A stretch of 64,000 nucleotides of DNA from Amoebidium appalachense (GCA_963693365.1 CAVNZM010000003.1:1700768-1764767); one strand, 5' to 3'. Counted from the first letter of the stretch, positions 18,712-48,187 are shown. Numbers and translations: made by a program. Notes: generated from the letters alone by a model not told the origin.

Positions 18712-19019
18712 TCTATTCTTTGAAGGGGGTTTCTTTTAGGCCGATTAATTGTCCCCATTCCAGCACATCCAGGTCAAGCTTGAGATTTAAACTGCAAATC
18801 TTCTTCCCAGCACTTGGTTGTTATTCTATCCTTTTCCTTTCTTTTTTTCTCCTCAGAATCTTTTTCTATTTTGATTGTAAAATGGCACATCTGTGTCTTG
18901 CTGCAAGCAAAAAATGTCGGTTACCGAGACCGAGTGGTGCGCAGCAGGGCAATCACATAGCTAGAAATCCCTCTGACTGACCCGTCCCGGAAACCTAAAA
19001 GAAACCCCCCTAATAAAAA

Positions 19020-19051
<32 letters not shown>

Positions 19052-19755
19052 GCAACTGCCGTGTATGGCATTCATAGGGCTGCCTATGCAATGCAGTGCC
19101 GAGCATGTGAATAAATATGACCATGAAGCCTTAGGCCCTGGCGACGAAAAACATTTAGCACGTATCATAGTTTAAAAGCAAAAAATAAAAGTAATGAAAA
19201 CACACAAAGGTGCAGTGCTTCGGGTTTTTGTAGGGACGAATACGTACATTCAAATGGTGCTGGTGTAATTCTTGCATACATACTGTTTCGATTGGCTGTC
19301 ATGTTTGAATTGGCGGCAGGGTGGACACGGGGTGTTCGTGCTTTTTTTTTCTCTTTTTCTTTCTTTTCTTTTCTTTTCCTTTCTTTTCCTTTCCCTTTTC
19401 TTTTCTGTCTTTCTTAAGAACAATCAACCAATAGAATTGACCCCTGAGGTCCTATCCGATTTTCGTTTGTTGGATGCCCTTGCCATGTCTTTAACCCCAT
19501 CCGAAGTCGCCTTGCCGGAGAATGGATTCTTTACCACCTCGTCCCACCACCAGCAGCACACTCCCACGTACTCAGATTCCTGGTAAAGGCAATCCCTCCT
19601 CCTCCTCCTCCCCCCTCCCCCCCCCCCCCCCACCACCACCACCAACCACCACCCCCCACCCCCCGGTTCCCTCAGAATCCCCTACCCTCCTCCCCTCCCC
19701 CCCCCACCTCCCCTCCCGTCTCCCCTCCCCCCCCCCCCCCCTCCCCCCCCTCGAG

Positions 19756-19762
19756 CCCCCCC

Positions 19763-19793
<31 letters not shown>

Positions 19794-19932
19794 AAAAACC
19801 TCCAGCCTTCGGAGCATTTCCCCTTGTTCCCATCCCCTTCCCTCAAGACTTTATTACAAAGCCGTTTTCATTATTTATTTTTAAAAAAAAACAATGCTTT
19901 TAACAGGTTCCAAACATCTGTGGAGACCCCCC

Positions 19933-19963
<31 letters not shown>

Positions 19964-20099
19964 AAAAAACCTCCAGCCTTCGGAGCATTTCCCCTTGTTC
20001 CCATCCCCTTCCCTCAAGACTTTATTACAAAGCCGTTTTCATTATTTATTTTTAAAAAAAAACAATGCTTTTAACAGGTTCCAAACATCTGTGGAGACC

Positions 20100-20130
<31 letters not shown>

Positions 20131-20142
20131 AAAAAAAAAAAA
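19756..20142 (+). repeat. ~171-bp tandem duplication bounded by poly(C)-poly(A) runs
   Basis: 19799-19927 is repeated at 19970-20098. Confidence 0.9.
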
Positions 20143-20171
20143 CACCGCTAACCACGTGGTCACCCAAACAG

Positions 20172-23900
<3,729 letters not shown>

Positions 23901-23998
23901 TTAGGTGTGGGGTTACATTATTCATGCAAATGCTACGGTAAAGTTTCGAATTTTTTGATCTTGTAGATGGGGAGGTGGTGGTTGGAGAAGGCAGGGGT

Positions 23999-24043
<45 letters not shown>

Positions 24044-24888
24044 AACAAATGCGATATGCAGGAATTGCGACGGTTATAAAATCATGCGGCCATCATCAGT
24101 GCACGGATTCAAAGGAATGGATCAGGGTAGGGAATGATTGTCTTTTGGTGGTAGTGGTGGTGTCATGTGTGTGTGTCCTCCCCGGTTTTTCATTTTTTCC
24201 CTTTATCCAGTAGGGGGAGGGGAGAGGCCGGACTGGGTGGGTGGGTGTGTGTGTGGGGGGGGGGGGGGGGGGGGGGGGGGGGGAGGCATGAGGGCGGGGA
24301 GGGGCGGAAACCCCGAAGAGCCATCCAAGACAACCAACAAAAGTAACATCATGCACTGATTCAGAAGCACCAGAACAGCATGTTCTACTTTTACAACCCG
24401 CCTGAGACGTACAGAAGGAAAAAAGAGGGTCGCCGTGATCTATGATAGAAGCCACGTTCAAATACACACTCCCCAACTGCATAAGAGCGGTGGTTGGTTT
24501 TTGAAGTCCATTTATTGACTTTAATTAATTAATATCGTCTTTCTTTGTTCGGTTAAATTCTGTGTTAAACGGCAATTCGAGGGGGTATTGGCCAAGATTG
24601 TTATCATGCGGCTTTTTTACACATTCTGCATTGCCAGTTTTTTTCAATTATATCAAGATAAACTAATAAACTAATCTACCAGTCAATTAAAAAACCCATA
24701 ATACAACCGGAAGAGTTCATATGAACATTATGGTTTATCACATGCCTTCACATGCCTAATACGAAACAAAACGTGTCTGTTTACTGTACAACGAATGAAC
24801 GGTAATGGGAGCATCCGATTGGGGGTTTCGACGGTATCTCCAAAGGTCTCTTTTGCTCTGCACCAATGGCAGGACCGAATTGATGTCC

Positions 24889-37392
<12,504 letters not shown>

Positions 37393-37506
37393 GTTGTCTG
37401 TAGATGGAGAAATAGCTGCAAAAGAAATGGTCAACAACTGTTGCCTATAAGGGAAAAACTAGAGTTTCTTGTGGTCAACAGTAACAGTAACGATCCTCCC
37501 CCCTTC

Positions 37507-37544
<38 letters not shown>

Positions 37545-39092
37545 ACCCCCCCCCCCCCCACCCTTTCGGGCCCACCGTGACACCACCCTCTCCCCTGATT
37601 TTTTCCCTGGTGAGAGCCTTGACGACGCCGTGCGCAATGGTGCATTACGTAATGGCTTCCATGCATAGCTGAAGCGGCAAAAAATGCTTCAAACCAATAA
37701 TAATATCCCATCATAGTGCCGAAGGAGCACTACTTGGCCCATAGCAAGATTCCAGGCTGACAGCCATTCTCCCACTGAGAAGATGCGATTCAAGTCAACA
37801 GTCAACCGCCAATGCAACTACACACACACCAATAAAAGTAGAATCGAAGCCTGCGCTTTATGTATAAGTTGTGAAATGGTCACCCTGCTCGTGTCATGCA
37901 CTTTTGTAATCATGGGCAGAAAGCGGCGAAAAACCATTACGGGTACGCTCATGGCTCACACGAAGGCCATGAGATGGGGAGGGCGTTACACTGAGCCTAC
38001 AATAGACATAAAGGAAGGGCTAGAGCGTACTGGTGCATTCCTATATATCAATTTCAGTTTATCGACAATAAAACTAATTTCCAAGCATCGACCGATGGAC
38101 TTGCAGTGTCACTCAGCCATTTCAAAAACTTGAAAGGTGCAGGAATTATGCAGATCTCAAAATAGGCGAGGCCGAAATCTTACCTCTTTGTTGCTCACTG
38201 ACAGGCTGTATTCGCAATTGCTCAGATGTAAGGAAGGGAAAAGCTGAGAAATAAAAACTATGTGTTGTATGTGTGTGCGTGTGTGTGTGTGTATAATGGA
38301 TTGTTAGCTGAACAAGATGCAGAGAAGGTAAGAATCCACTACCACGGCAAACGAAAAATGTAACAACGAGCGAAAACATTAACGTCGTGTGATGTTCGCG
38401 ACTGATTTGGCGTGGATTGATTTATATAGCTTGGTGTTGAAGGGGGGCAAATTGAATGCTTTTCTTGACAGACGCGCGTTGCGTATGTCTGGTACATGTA
38501 AGGCTCACCCCGTGGTGAAGACTATCATGTTGAAAAGGAAAAGAAAAGGAAAAAAAAAAAACAAGGCAATAGATCTAAAGTTTACAGGTAAGAGGGAAAA
38601 AATTAAAGAATGATATAACTAAGTTTTGACATGTTTTCGAACGGGAAGGCTGTAGGCGACACCTGCTAGCCTGGCCCTGCACGACATATCTCAATCCAAC
38701 CTTTTACTGATGGTTTTACACCCCCTTGGAACTCCTGTGGATTGGATAATGTGATCTACATTCAAATTGGCAAATAACAAACATAAACACTTTTAGGTAA
38801 GTAATAGTATCATTCAGCTAACGCTCAATATAACTGCTCCATTCGTATCAATTTGGGTATTTTTACCTCTTCTCTTTTATATTTGCTTGCCCGTGAATTC
38901 TATTTACTTTTGACTCTAGACAATAGAGCCTGAACCTTCAAAATTATTTGCAGAATCTGTAGCCTCGCAATGATTGGTGGACCTAGTTAGACCGTTTGTA
39001 ACCCAATAGCAATCAACACTCGCACATTCCAAACATCCATATAAAGTAAGTCTGCAAACCGTTAGTGCTTTTTGTAACCCTCCCAGTGCCTT

Positions 39093-40320
39093 TTATTTTT
39101 TTATTTTTTTTATCCCGTTTCACTCCCGGAGGCACTGCCTAAGGGGAGCTAACGTCTTCCACAGTAGACACACGAATGTGCTCTCTACATAGTGCAACTA
39201 TAAGTCAGGATACATAATCCCGACTGTCACTACATATTCTGGCAATTCTTAGCCCACGGGGTTGCCGCAGTCACGCTAGTGGGGATTGAGCAAACTCACT
39301 TCAACCAACACCTAGCCAGGAGTGACCCGGGGGAAAATAAAAGGGTATAAGCAAGAAAAAATGTTCGGAAAGTTAGAAACAATACAATAAGACGAAGCAG
39401 TGTGTTCGTGCTGCTCTGCATGGTGGAAAAGAAAGAAAGAAGAGCAGTGTGTTTGTGCTGCTCGGCATGGTAGAAGACTAGAGCAGGGTGTTGGTGCTGC
39501 TCGGCATGGTAGAAGACACTAGAGCAGGGTGTTGGTGCTGCTCGGCATGGTAGAAGACAATAGAGCAGGGTGTTGGTGCTGCTCGGCATGGTAGAAGACA
39601 CTAGAGCAGGGTGTTGGTGCTGCTCGGCATGGTAGAAGACACTAGAGCAGGGTGTTGGTGCTGCTCGGCATGGTAGAAGACACTAGAGCAGGGTGATGGT
39701 GCTGCTCGGCATGGTAGAAGACACTAGAGCAGGGTGATGGTGCTGCTCGGCATGGTAGAAGACACTAGAGCAGGGTGTTGGTGCTGCTCGGCATGGTAGA
39801 GGACACTAGAGCAGGGTGTTGGTGCTGCTCGTCATGGTGGAAGAAGACAGCATGAAGTTCGTGCGGCCTATTGGTATTCTTATGTTTTTCTAGAGTTTTT
39901 GACGCTTTAGTAAATTTCGTTTTTCCTGACAAAGTGCCCATGTCGCAAAACTAATAACTCGTGTTGTACTAGTCCTACGGCAACGGCTCAAACACGGCCA
40001 TGTTGCCAGCGTTTGGCTCTATGCAATGGTGTGCATGCCGCCCCTTGTGCGTAAATGTGGTGGAGTGTGGATGCAGCGGCGCACGGCCGTTTACGAAACA
40101 CGTGTCGTGTTTTGTGCCTGGTCGCGATGGCCCTGTGCGTGTTAAAATTTAAGAGAATAGGAATGTGCAAAATGCGCATCTTGATTGGTTGCATTTTATC
40201 TGATGAGCCCGGAGTGGCGATCTTATTGGATAGTTAACTGCTATTTTTAAGGAATCATACTGCTTGTTCACCGATCACATATGGTTTTGATGTGATCGGG
40301 AGCCCGACATGGCGCGACTG
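39093..40320 (-). mobile_element. Complete non-coding composite retroposon (~1.23 kb) with 16-bp TSD, internal VNTR and A-rich tail
   Basis: ACCCTCCCAGTGCCTT occurs at both 39077-39092 and 40321-40336. A T-rich tract at 39091-39111 (A-tail on the minus strand) abuts the left copy. No credible ORF lies inside. Confidence 0.8.
39397..39849 (+). repeat. 41-bp minisatellite (~11 copies) inside the retroposon
   Basis: Unit TAGAGCAGGGTGTTGGTGCTGCTCGGCATGGTAGAAGACAC, head to tail with no spacers; the outer copies are degenerate. Confidence 0.95.
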
Positions 40321-40350
40321 ACCCTCCCAGTGCCTTGTTGCTTGCTATCA

Positions 40351-41642
40351 GCTGCCCTCCTTGCCCGTACCCCTAGACGCCTGCAAAGATTGTTCGATGT
40401 AGTGTCAGAGTGGTGCAAGGCAAACCTTATGATCCTTAACATAGACAAATGTGGTGTTCTTGTACCTGATATAGCTAACAATTTACACACATTTACATTA
40501 TCATCTAAACCTGTACCTATAGTTCCAGAATACAAATATCTTGGTGTTCCGGTTGATTCTGTTGGTGTTATGTTTCCCCATATGGTCGAAAAGAGGGTAG
40601 AGTTGGCTCGTAAGCGGTTAGCTTTCTTCTCGGCTAATATTTTTAAAGACACACCCCTCCATCCTTCTATTAGACTTACATTTATTCGCACTTTTGTCTT
40701 CCCGGCATGTGAATATGGTTTACCCCTTCTCGCCGCTTGGATCAAGAAAGAGAGAACTAGAGCGCTTAAACCCTTGGCAAATTTCCTTGAAGCAGAAGTT
40801 GCCTCCTTTCTATCTAACAACTGTTGTAAACCTGGGCCTGTAACGCTCTCGATATATGGTCTGGTCCCAATAGCTGCTAGAGTATCCTATCTCGCGCTGA
40901 AATTCAATAAGCACATAAGCCGCTTAAAGAAGTATTTGCCCTCCCACCCTCTCTTCTCTATCCGACCTGTCCCCTCCTCACCTCTCCCCTCTTTCCTCCC
41001 CTCTCTCTCCCCTTCTCCCCTGGGCACAAATACAAATAAACCCCGCAATAGTGTGTGTGTGACTTTGGACTGCCACTTACTTATTAAACATGTACACAAT
41101 CACAAGATAATCACGCAATATAACAAATGGAAAAAGATACCACACGACACTAGACCCGATGAAAGCATACACCTTGAAAAACTAAGCCTTATGTCTCGTT
41201 TTATATATACTGACCGCCTCAACCATATTGCCAAATATGGCACTCGCAAGTGTATAACACCTAAATACATATTACCTTCCTGTAGAACTGGTCTTTCTCT
41301 AGCTGATGGTATTATTGATCAATTACCACGCTTTTACTGTACACGTGCTATACAGTGGAGATCTAATAAGTATAAGGTGGCATCATTTGCATGCCCAAAC
41401 AACACACACACACACCAGTTTAACCGGTCATGTATCGCCAAATGTAGTTTGATAGACCACATAATACCGCAACACACACACGTCACATTCACAACAGACA
41501 CCCAGAAAGATAGCCTACCTGTAAATTACAACATCCTTGATTTTATACTAAACACGCGTAACTACGACCTGTTTATTAGATGTATTGATTGGCTTGAGAA
41601 ACACATCACTACAAAATTATAGCGCACGCGCACACACACACA

Positions 41643-41693
<51 letters not shown>

Positions 41694-41725
41694 CCAGCTG
41701 ATACCGAGTGTCCCGAGGGGAGCCC

Positions 41726-41783
<58 letters not shown>
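40351..41783 (+). mobile_element. 5'-truncated LINE with an open RT-thumb/C-terminal frame and a long poly(A) tail
   Basis: Open frame to the stop at 41622, with ALLA..LQRLFDVVSEWCKANLMILNIDKC, YKYLGV, IRLTFIRTFVFPACEYGLPLL and QWR..CP..FNRSCIAKC..ILDFILN. A (CA)n 3' UTR follows, then ~54 A at 41730-41783. Confidence 0.9.
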
Positions 41784-41784
<1 letters not shown>

Positions 41785-42194
41785 GGGGAACCCCAACTAA
41801 TTGATTTCTCCTTGTAGTCTTTATGGTGTCTCGTAGAGAAAGTAAACCCTGATATATAGTCACCACCCGACATCTATGTACGTGATCATGATATACCGCT
41901 GAGGGGATATTCCGAGCAAAACCCCCCCCCCCCCATACCTGAGACTGGTTCTCTTTGCCTCGAGTAAACAGCGTAAACCCCCAAACAATATCACCCGTGC
42001 GCCAATTGAGCCCTTTACACAAACGGGAACTTCAAAAGCTTTCCCAAACCAAGCAGAGAATGTGGATAGAAACACGTGCCGTTTGGGAACTGAGTTTGCC
42101 CTCGCTATCTCCGAATGTCGCGTTTCCTATGCACGACGTTTCGGAAGCCAGAGACTTGAACAAGGCCTCCTAGAGTGTAGAGGCTGGGACATGC

Positions 42195-44231
42195 ATATGT
42201 ATACGTATGTAGATCAAGTGGGTGTCCCAAGCTTGGACTCAACGACATTCTTCGTTTTGTTTTGACACTACCGTAGCGATGGGATGCAAGCAGAGGGTTA
42301 TTTTGTTACTGTATGCTGCTGCACTTTTCGTGGGTTAGGGATCCGGAAGGGGAGGAGGGAGAGCGAAGAAGAAATGTTTAGAAAGGTACCGGCGACATAT
42401 CTCGTGGAAGGTATTGCTAGGGGTTTTCGGCAGAATAGGTCGTGTGCACCTTTCTTTCTCTGCTTTCCGATTGTTGATGTTTTTCTGGCACAGCTATCTC
42501 TGGATAGGACGGACGTGGAAGGGGATAGGTAGAAATACACAGACTCTGAGAGAGAAACAAGGCAGAGTGAGGACGAGGGGCGGGGGAGGGAAGGGGAGAG
42601 GGGGGGGGGGGGGGGGGGGGGGAGGGTTAGGTGTGGGAAGACGGAGAAGAAGGGAACAGACATTTTGCCCCGAGGAAGGGCATGGAAGGCGAAACCAAGA
42701 AAGAAGTAAAAAGAGAGAGAGAAAAAAGGCGCTGGAGGGGGGGGGGGGGGGGGGGAGGGAGGGGGTGGAGGAAGTGGGGGGGGGGGGGGGGGGGGGGGGG
42801 GGGCTTCTGTCTGCCACTGGTATGTCCATCACTTCGATTATAGCTATCCGTGTAGTACGCAATGCTTCTATTCAGTCATAAATCCAAGAACTATTAAAAT
42901 GTTAAAAACAATGATCATCGGAAGTTCTAAGAGGTGCAGGCATGCTTGTGCCGAGGATTCGAAGGGCTGAGAAGATGAAAAAGGATCTTGTCCATCCGTC
43001 AGAAAACTTCGTAATTACTATTGTTGTCCTCCAAAATTATCCCCCCCGATCCCGACCGGAGTCTCCCTCTCCCCATTACCCCTCTAACTTCCCCCTCGGT
43101 TCCCCTCCCTCCCCTCCCCTCCCAACTTTCCCCCCACCCCATCCCCCCATTCGCTTCCCCTCACCCTCTCTGACGGCCTTGCAGGGCATTGTAAACACAC
43201 ACACGTGTTCAAGAACACACCCACCCGTTCACACCACTGGATCCACATACACTCCTTTCCAGACACACGTGTTGACACAAATTTGAAGCACACCCACACG
43301 CGCACACACGCGTTGTTGAAATGGCAGGAAAAAGGCAAGGTAAAGAAGAAGAAAAAATGTGGCATTCCGCCTCCTCTTTTCCCCCTAGCAAAAACATTTG
43401 CTGTGTTCCTTCTTTCTCCCCCCCACCCCCACCCCTCACCTCACCCCACCCCACCCCACACCCCCGGGCCCACCGGGGGTGAAAAGAGAGAGGGCGGGGA
43501 AAAGGGGCGGTACACATTTGCAAGCTTCTTCACAATACCGGGGCCTGGGGCTCATAATAGTTTTCACTAAGTGGATGTACCATACACATGCACGCACACC
43601 AATCCCCCCCCCCCCCAACCCTCCCCCCCGCCCGGCCCGCCTGTCCGCCCCCGCCCCGCCCCTATTAATCTGCTTATGCAAAAGCACAGCGGCTTGCAAC
43701 CTTCATCATCGGCCCTATCTATTCAGCATGCATTCCCCAAGCAAAAACATATCCCATGCACCCAATACACTGGCATCCGTTCTCTCTAAATGATCATCCG
43801 TCCCTGTATTCCCCCCCTTCCCCCCTCCCCCCCCCCCCCCCCCCCCCCCCCCCGGCGCCCCCCTGATGGGTACCCACCCATGCTCAAGTGTAGTAGAACC
43901 TGAGTTGTGTTTAGTTGACGAGGTGCCCGGGTCAAACCTCGGGTACTTTGGGGTCCCGCTGATTATTGTCTCTGCTTATTTGTCATGCATACTTAACTGT
44001 GCATGCTATACAATCTATATCAATGTTTTGTCCGTCTCGTTATGAACGTGTGCCTTTTACTCTGTAACCCAATCTAAACCCCCGCTTTTCCTTTCCCCGT
44101 CCCCTCGTCCCCATCCCCCCCCCCCCCCTCCCCCCCCCCCCCCATTTTTCTTCTGCATACTTATGTGTAATTTGCACTCTGCGTCGTAAACTTGTATTCC
44201 TTACTTTGTACACCTTTTTTTGACACACACC

Positions 44232-44262
<31 letters not shown>

Positions 44263-44546
44263 TTCCTCACCCCCCCCTTCCCCACCCCTCCTCTCCCACC
44301 TACAGAGATCACTCTTCCCACCCGTACAAATCGAACTTCAAGGAGTATCCCTACATATCTCCCCCGAGCACTATCTCGTGCCATCCCCACCAACACATTC
44401 ATGGTTTGGATAATCAAATTCGACAAGGCGGATTTCAACATTTTGGGTGATGTTGCACTCATGTGGAGGTGGGTGTGGCACGATAGGAGAAATCAGAGGG
44501 TGGGATTTGCTGACGTCAAGAGAGACTGCAGGGAGATTTCTTGTGG
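42195..44546 (+). pseudogene. Decayed pepsin-family (A1, BACE-like) aspartic protease
   Basis: The C-terminal lobe is clear at 44306-44546: LFPPVQIELQGVSLHISPEHYL, a frameshift near 44409, then NILGDVALMWRWVWHDRRNQRVGFA..C. Weaker N-terminal traces are QVGVP..TFFVLF / DT (frameshift at ~42262) and WKGI before a GT at ~42529. The middle exons could not be rebuilt. Confidence 0.6.
43868..43948 (+). other. Degenerate tRNA-like sequence (pseudo-tRNA or tRNA-derived SINE head)
   Basis: GGGTACC can pair with GGTACTT as an acceptor-like stem. GCTCAAGTGTAGTAGAAC resembles a D-arm/A-box and CCCGGGTCAAACCTCGGG a T-arm/B-box. The anticodon arm pairs poorly. Confidence 0.3.
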
Positions 44547-44567
44547 TAGCTATTTGCCTTCTGGCCC

Positions 44568-44600
<33 letters not shown>

Positions 44601-44748
44601 ACTGCCCCCTTTTCTTCTTCTCCCCCCCACCCCCTTCCCGCCTCAACCAATCAACATAGACGCACGGAAATGTTCCCCAAAAGAAGGGTAGTGTTAACAC
44701 TTCAGCCCCCCTTCCCTCTAAGCACACAAACGTTGCGCATCCCCCCTT

Positions 44749-44782
<34 letters not shown>

Positions 44783-45009
44783 GAAAACACAAAAACACAC
44801 ACACAAAAATAACAATAACAACAAACACACGGCCATTTTGCACCTCCCCATCACGTCTTCTGTTCAACTCTTCCCCATCACGTCCTCGCCACCACCTTCA
44901 CTCCCAAACAAACCCCCTCCCCCCTCCCCCCTCTTCCCGCCCCTCCCCCTCCGTCCCTCCCTCCCCTCCCCCCCCCCCCCCCCCAGCCCCCCCCCCTCCT
45001 CCCCCCCCC

Positions 45010-45044
<35 letters not shown>

Positions 45045-45184
45045 CCCCACTCCCCCTCTGCCTCCCCCCCCCCCCCCCCCCCTTCGAGAATGGCCCCTGC
45101 TTACGCTTTTTTGATCGCTCTGCAACTTCTGCATTGCGCTGTCAGTCGTAAATATGTACTTCGTATTCTCGTATTAGCACATTC

Positions 45185-45225
<41 letters not shown>

Positions 45226-45636
45226 AAAAAAAAAGAAAGAAAGAAAATGAAAATGAAACCCCCCCCCCCCCCTCCCCACCCCCCACCCCCTCCCCCCACC
45301 CCCACAGTGTGTGGCAGTGAGCTGTAGCAACTCTGCCATCAACACACACGGCAACCGTCTCATACGTCTCATAACATGAGGAAAGATTCGGACTGCAACA
45401 CCAAAAATGCCCCAATTCGGAGGCAGGACGGCGTGCAGACAGACACACCTGGCTTGCCGTGTAACTTGGCGTGTGGGGGCGCTCCCCCGCGTTGGCGCCT
45501 GGGTGCACGCACACACACACACTGTCACACACACACTGTGATGATACACAACCACACACACAATTACAAGAACAGTTCCCAGATATGTATCCTGCCATTT
45601 TCTTCAGCAGCTGATAGAGATATACTCAAAAGTAAC

Positions 45637-45669
<33 letters not shown>

Positions 45670-45693
45670 CCACCCGCCCGCCCGCCCGCCCCG

Positions 45694-45725
<32 letters not shown>

Positions 45726-47234
45726 ATCCCTCCAAAATAAAAATAAAAATAAAACAAAACAATTTAAATCAGGGAAAGAGAGAAACAACAAAAAAGAAAC
45801 AAATTCGAATAATAACTTGACTGCATCAATACGTGTATAAGGTACTCATGACACAGCGACCTTACCACCACAGAAATCCAACAGTTAAGTAGACGGTCGG
45901 TCACATATGTAGGATTCGGTTTTTGATCATTAGTAAGTAAACTGACAATTATTTACTTCAAGATACTTGATTGAAATGTATTATATAGATTTAGCCACAT
46001 TTAGCCTCAATTCGGCATATGTGAGCAGCAGTTGGCTCTAGCATAGTCACGAAATGCTGTAAACCTGTTTCTGGATATCTTTCATGGCACATGCGATAGA
46101 CACCAATTACCTTCTTTAATTCATTACCACTTGATACCATCTGAGTAAAGACGCGTAACGTGTACCTGTGTTCTTGCTGGTGCGCAGCTTCCCCCCCCCC
46201 CCCCCCCCCCCCAATCCTCCCAACCCCCCAACTCACGTTTCGACCTGTAGAGAGAGGTCAACCAAGCAGGAGCACACCCAATGTGACAGAGTGTGTGCTG
46301 AATGACGCCCACTGCAAAGGGGAAACACATGTCGTGTACGTAGGTGCAATGGCTTGGCAATCGAGGCCATCACAGGTACCACTCTACCGTGACATGACGG
46401 TTTCCAGTAAAACGACCTAAAGAATGCAACACCATACTGTCCTGCAGTGCTACATCCTAATAACATTGAGCATAATATCACAGAGCCACAAAAAAAAGAT
46501 CCTAAAAGTAACTTTGTATCAAGTCTATCCACCGTGACATCCACACACCCACAACCCAACCACCCCCACGCAACACCCAGCCCACACATCATATACATAT
46601 CATAACAGGGGTAGGCCGAATATAGGATTACGTGGATTTCGGTTGCAACCAGCTAGAATCTTAAAATCCAGACCACCCTAGCCCACAAGCACAAAGGATT
46701 AAATCTTAATTTTCATACACTCCTTCTTTCTTTTCTCTTCCCGTTTTTTCTGCCTTTTCGAGTTATTATCATACGCAGTATAAGTTTCTTTCTCGTTCTG
46801 AGAAAGAAAACCATCCGTACGGTAAAACTCAGTCTGCATGTGTTATGTTCCTTAGGCAACACCGTACTGATCATTATCACTCTTTGGGGGCTTTGGCAGG
46901 ATACATTTCTCCTGCTGTGCGTATGGATACCACCTTAGTAGATACGTCTGTATGGTGTTCTAAGTTGCATGGGAAGTTGTGCAGTGGCATTGTAATTCTT
47001 GTATGGCATCGCCGTTGGTGCCACTTTTGTGCTGAACTTTTTAATCGAAAGCATGTTGATAGGTGTGAGTTTTTATGTCGCGTTTTGCCTCTTTCCCTAC
47101 GGGTGTCTGCTACATTGGCTGGCAACGTGAACACTTTAGACTTTCTGTTGAATTCTGTTGGTCGTCACATTGAGTAATGATGTGATTTTCACACATTCAT
47201 CAGGTATCTCAGTATGCACTTGTTACTAGATAAT

Positions 47235-47317
47235 TCGTGGAAGTTTTTATTGCCTCCTAAGTATGCCGTGCATACTTGCATATCTTTCCGTTGAATAATT
47301 CCAGTCAAAAGAAAAAA
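47235..47317 (+). repeat. Short dispersed repeat (copy 2)
   Basis: Matches 18628-18711, including the AGTATGC-CGT-GCATACT hairpin and the CCAGTCAAAAGAAAAAA end. Confidence 0.8.
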
Positions 47318-47461
47318 GAAAAGTTCATATCATCATTTGTGGCTAGCCAGCTAGAATTTTAGGTTTTCCAAAATTCCTAGCGATAGAATATTATATTCGG
47401 AAATGAATCTAGACTACCCCTGTACACCCCCATCCCCACACACTTCCATTCCTCCCCCCCC

Positions 47462-47514
<53 letters not shown>

Positions 47515-48187
47515 ACCCCACCCTCCATCGATATCCACACCCACACATCCTCATCCACACGCCCCATCCCCACACCCACACGCCCGCACTTACAACGTTC
47601 ATCCACAAGTACGTACACACACGTGTACATAAGCACCATCATGTTTAACGAAACGACACCCAAACCAACCCACACCTCTTATATCCCCACACACCTAACA
47701 CACCCACTAGTAATAGGTATCTACATGCACAAAATTTCGAGCGCATGCACACCCCCTTACATATGTACAAAGTGTGTGCAAGTACAGTTTCAAAACCAAC
47801 TTAGGCTATTACGACACCCTGCACCGTGCCCACACGACGTGGTTATGCAGCTTTCAGCCACCCAACACACGAAAAACGTGTCACGTGCACAGACCCAAAT
47901 ACACGTGTAAAAACAGACAAATAATGCAAGCACATACCTAATGCAGACTCCGGCAACTCTTCCCCCCTCTTCCCTCCACCCTTCCCCCGTTCCCCCGTGG
48001 CACACACATACACGCACGTACACGTGACACGATAAACCACCTGCAGGAGGGCACAGGACGCACGTATTTTTCTTGAGCACACGCGCACATTCATCCCAGG
48101 CACAAACTGCAATTAGATTCGTCCAAGCTGACTATTATCTTTTCCACAGATAGTGTGTGTGTGTATGACCGGAATCCGTGCGGGGAT

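Noticed and set aside
39397-39849. Regular 41-bp repeats as a CRISPR array
   Set aside because: The units are head to tail with no unique spacers, there are no cas genes, and the context is eukaryotic; it is a VNTR.
39968-40010. Hairpin plus CTAG on the minus strand resembling a Helitron 3' end
   Set aside because: It lies inside the TSD-bounded retroposon and no matching 5' TC end or second copy is visible; the motif is too short to support the call.
40200-40235. CTGATGA followed by a small stem as a hammerhead ribozyme (similar cases at 17398 and 36565)
   Set aside because: The required GAAA after stem II is absent (GATC or GGAA instead) and stems I and III are not convincing.
45991-47177. 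Possible spliced minus-strand gene remnant (segments near 46175-45991, 46417-46236 and 46820-47170)
   Set aside because: Splice-like boundaries exist, but I recognise no family and the upstream part has stops.
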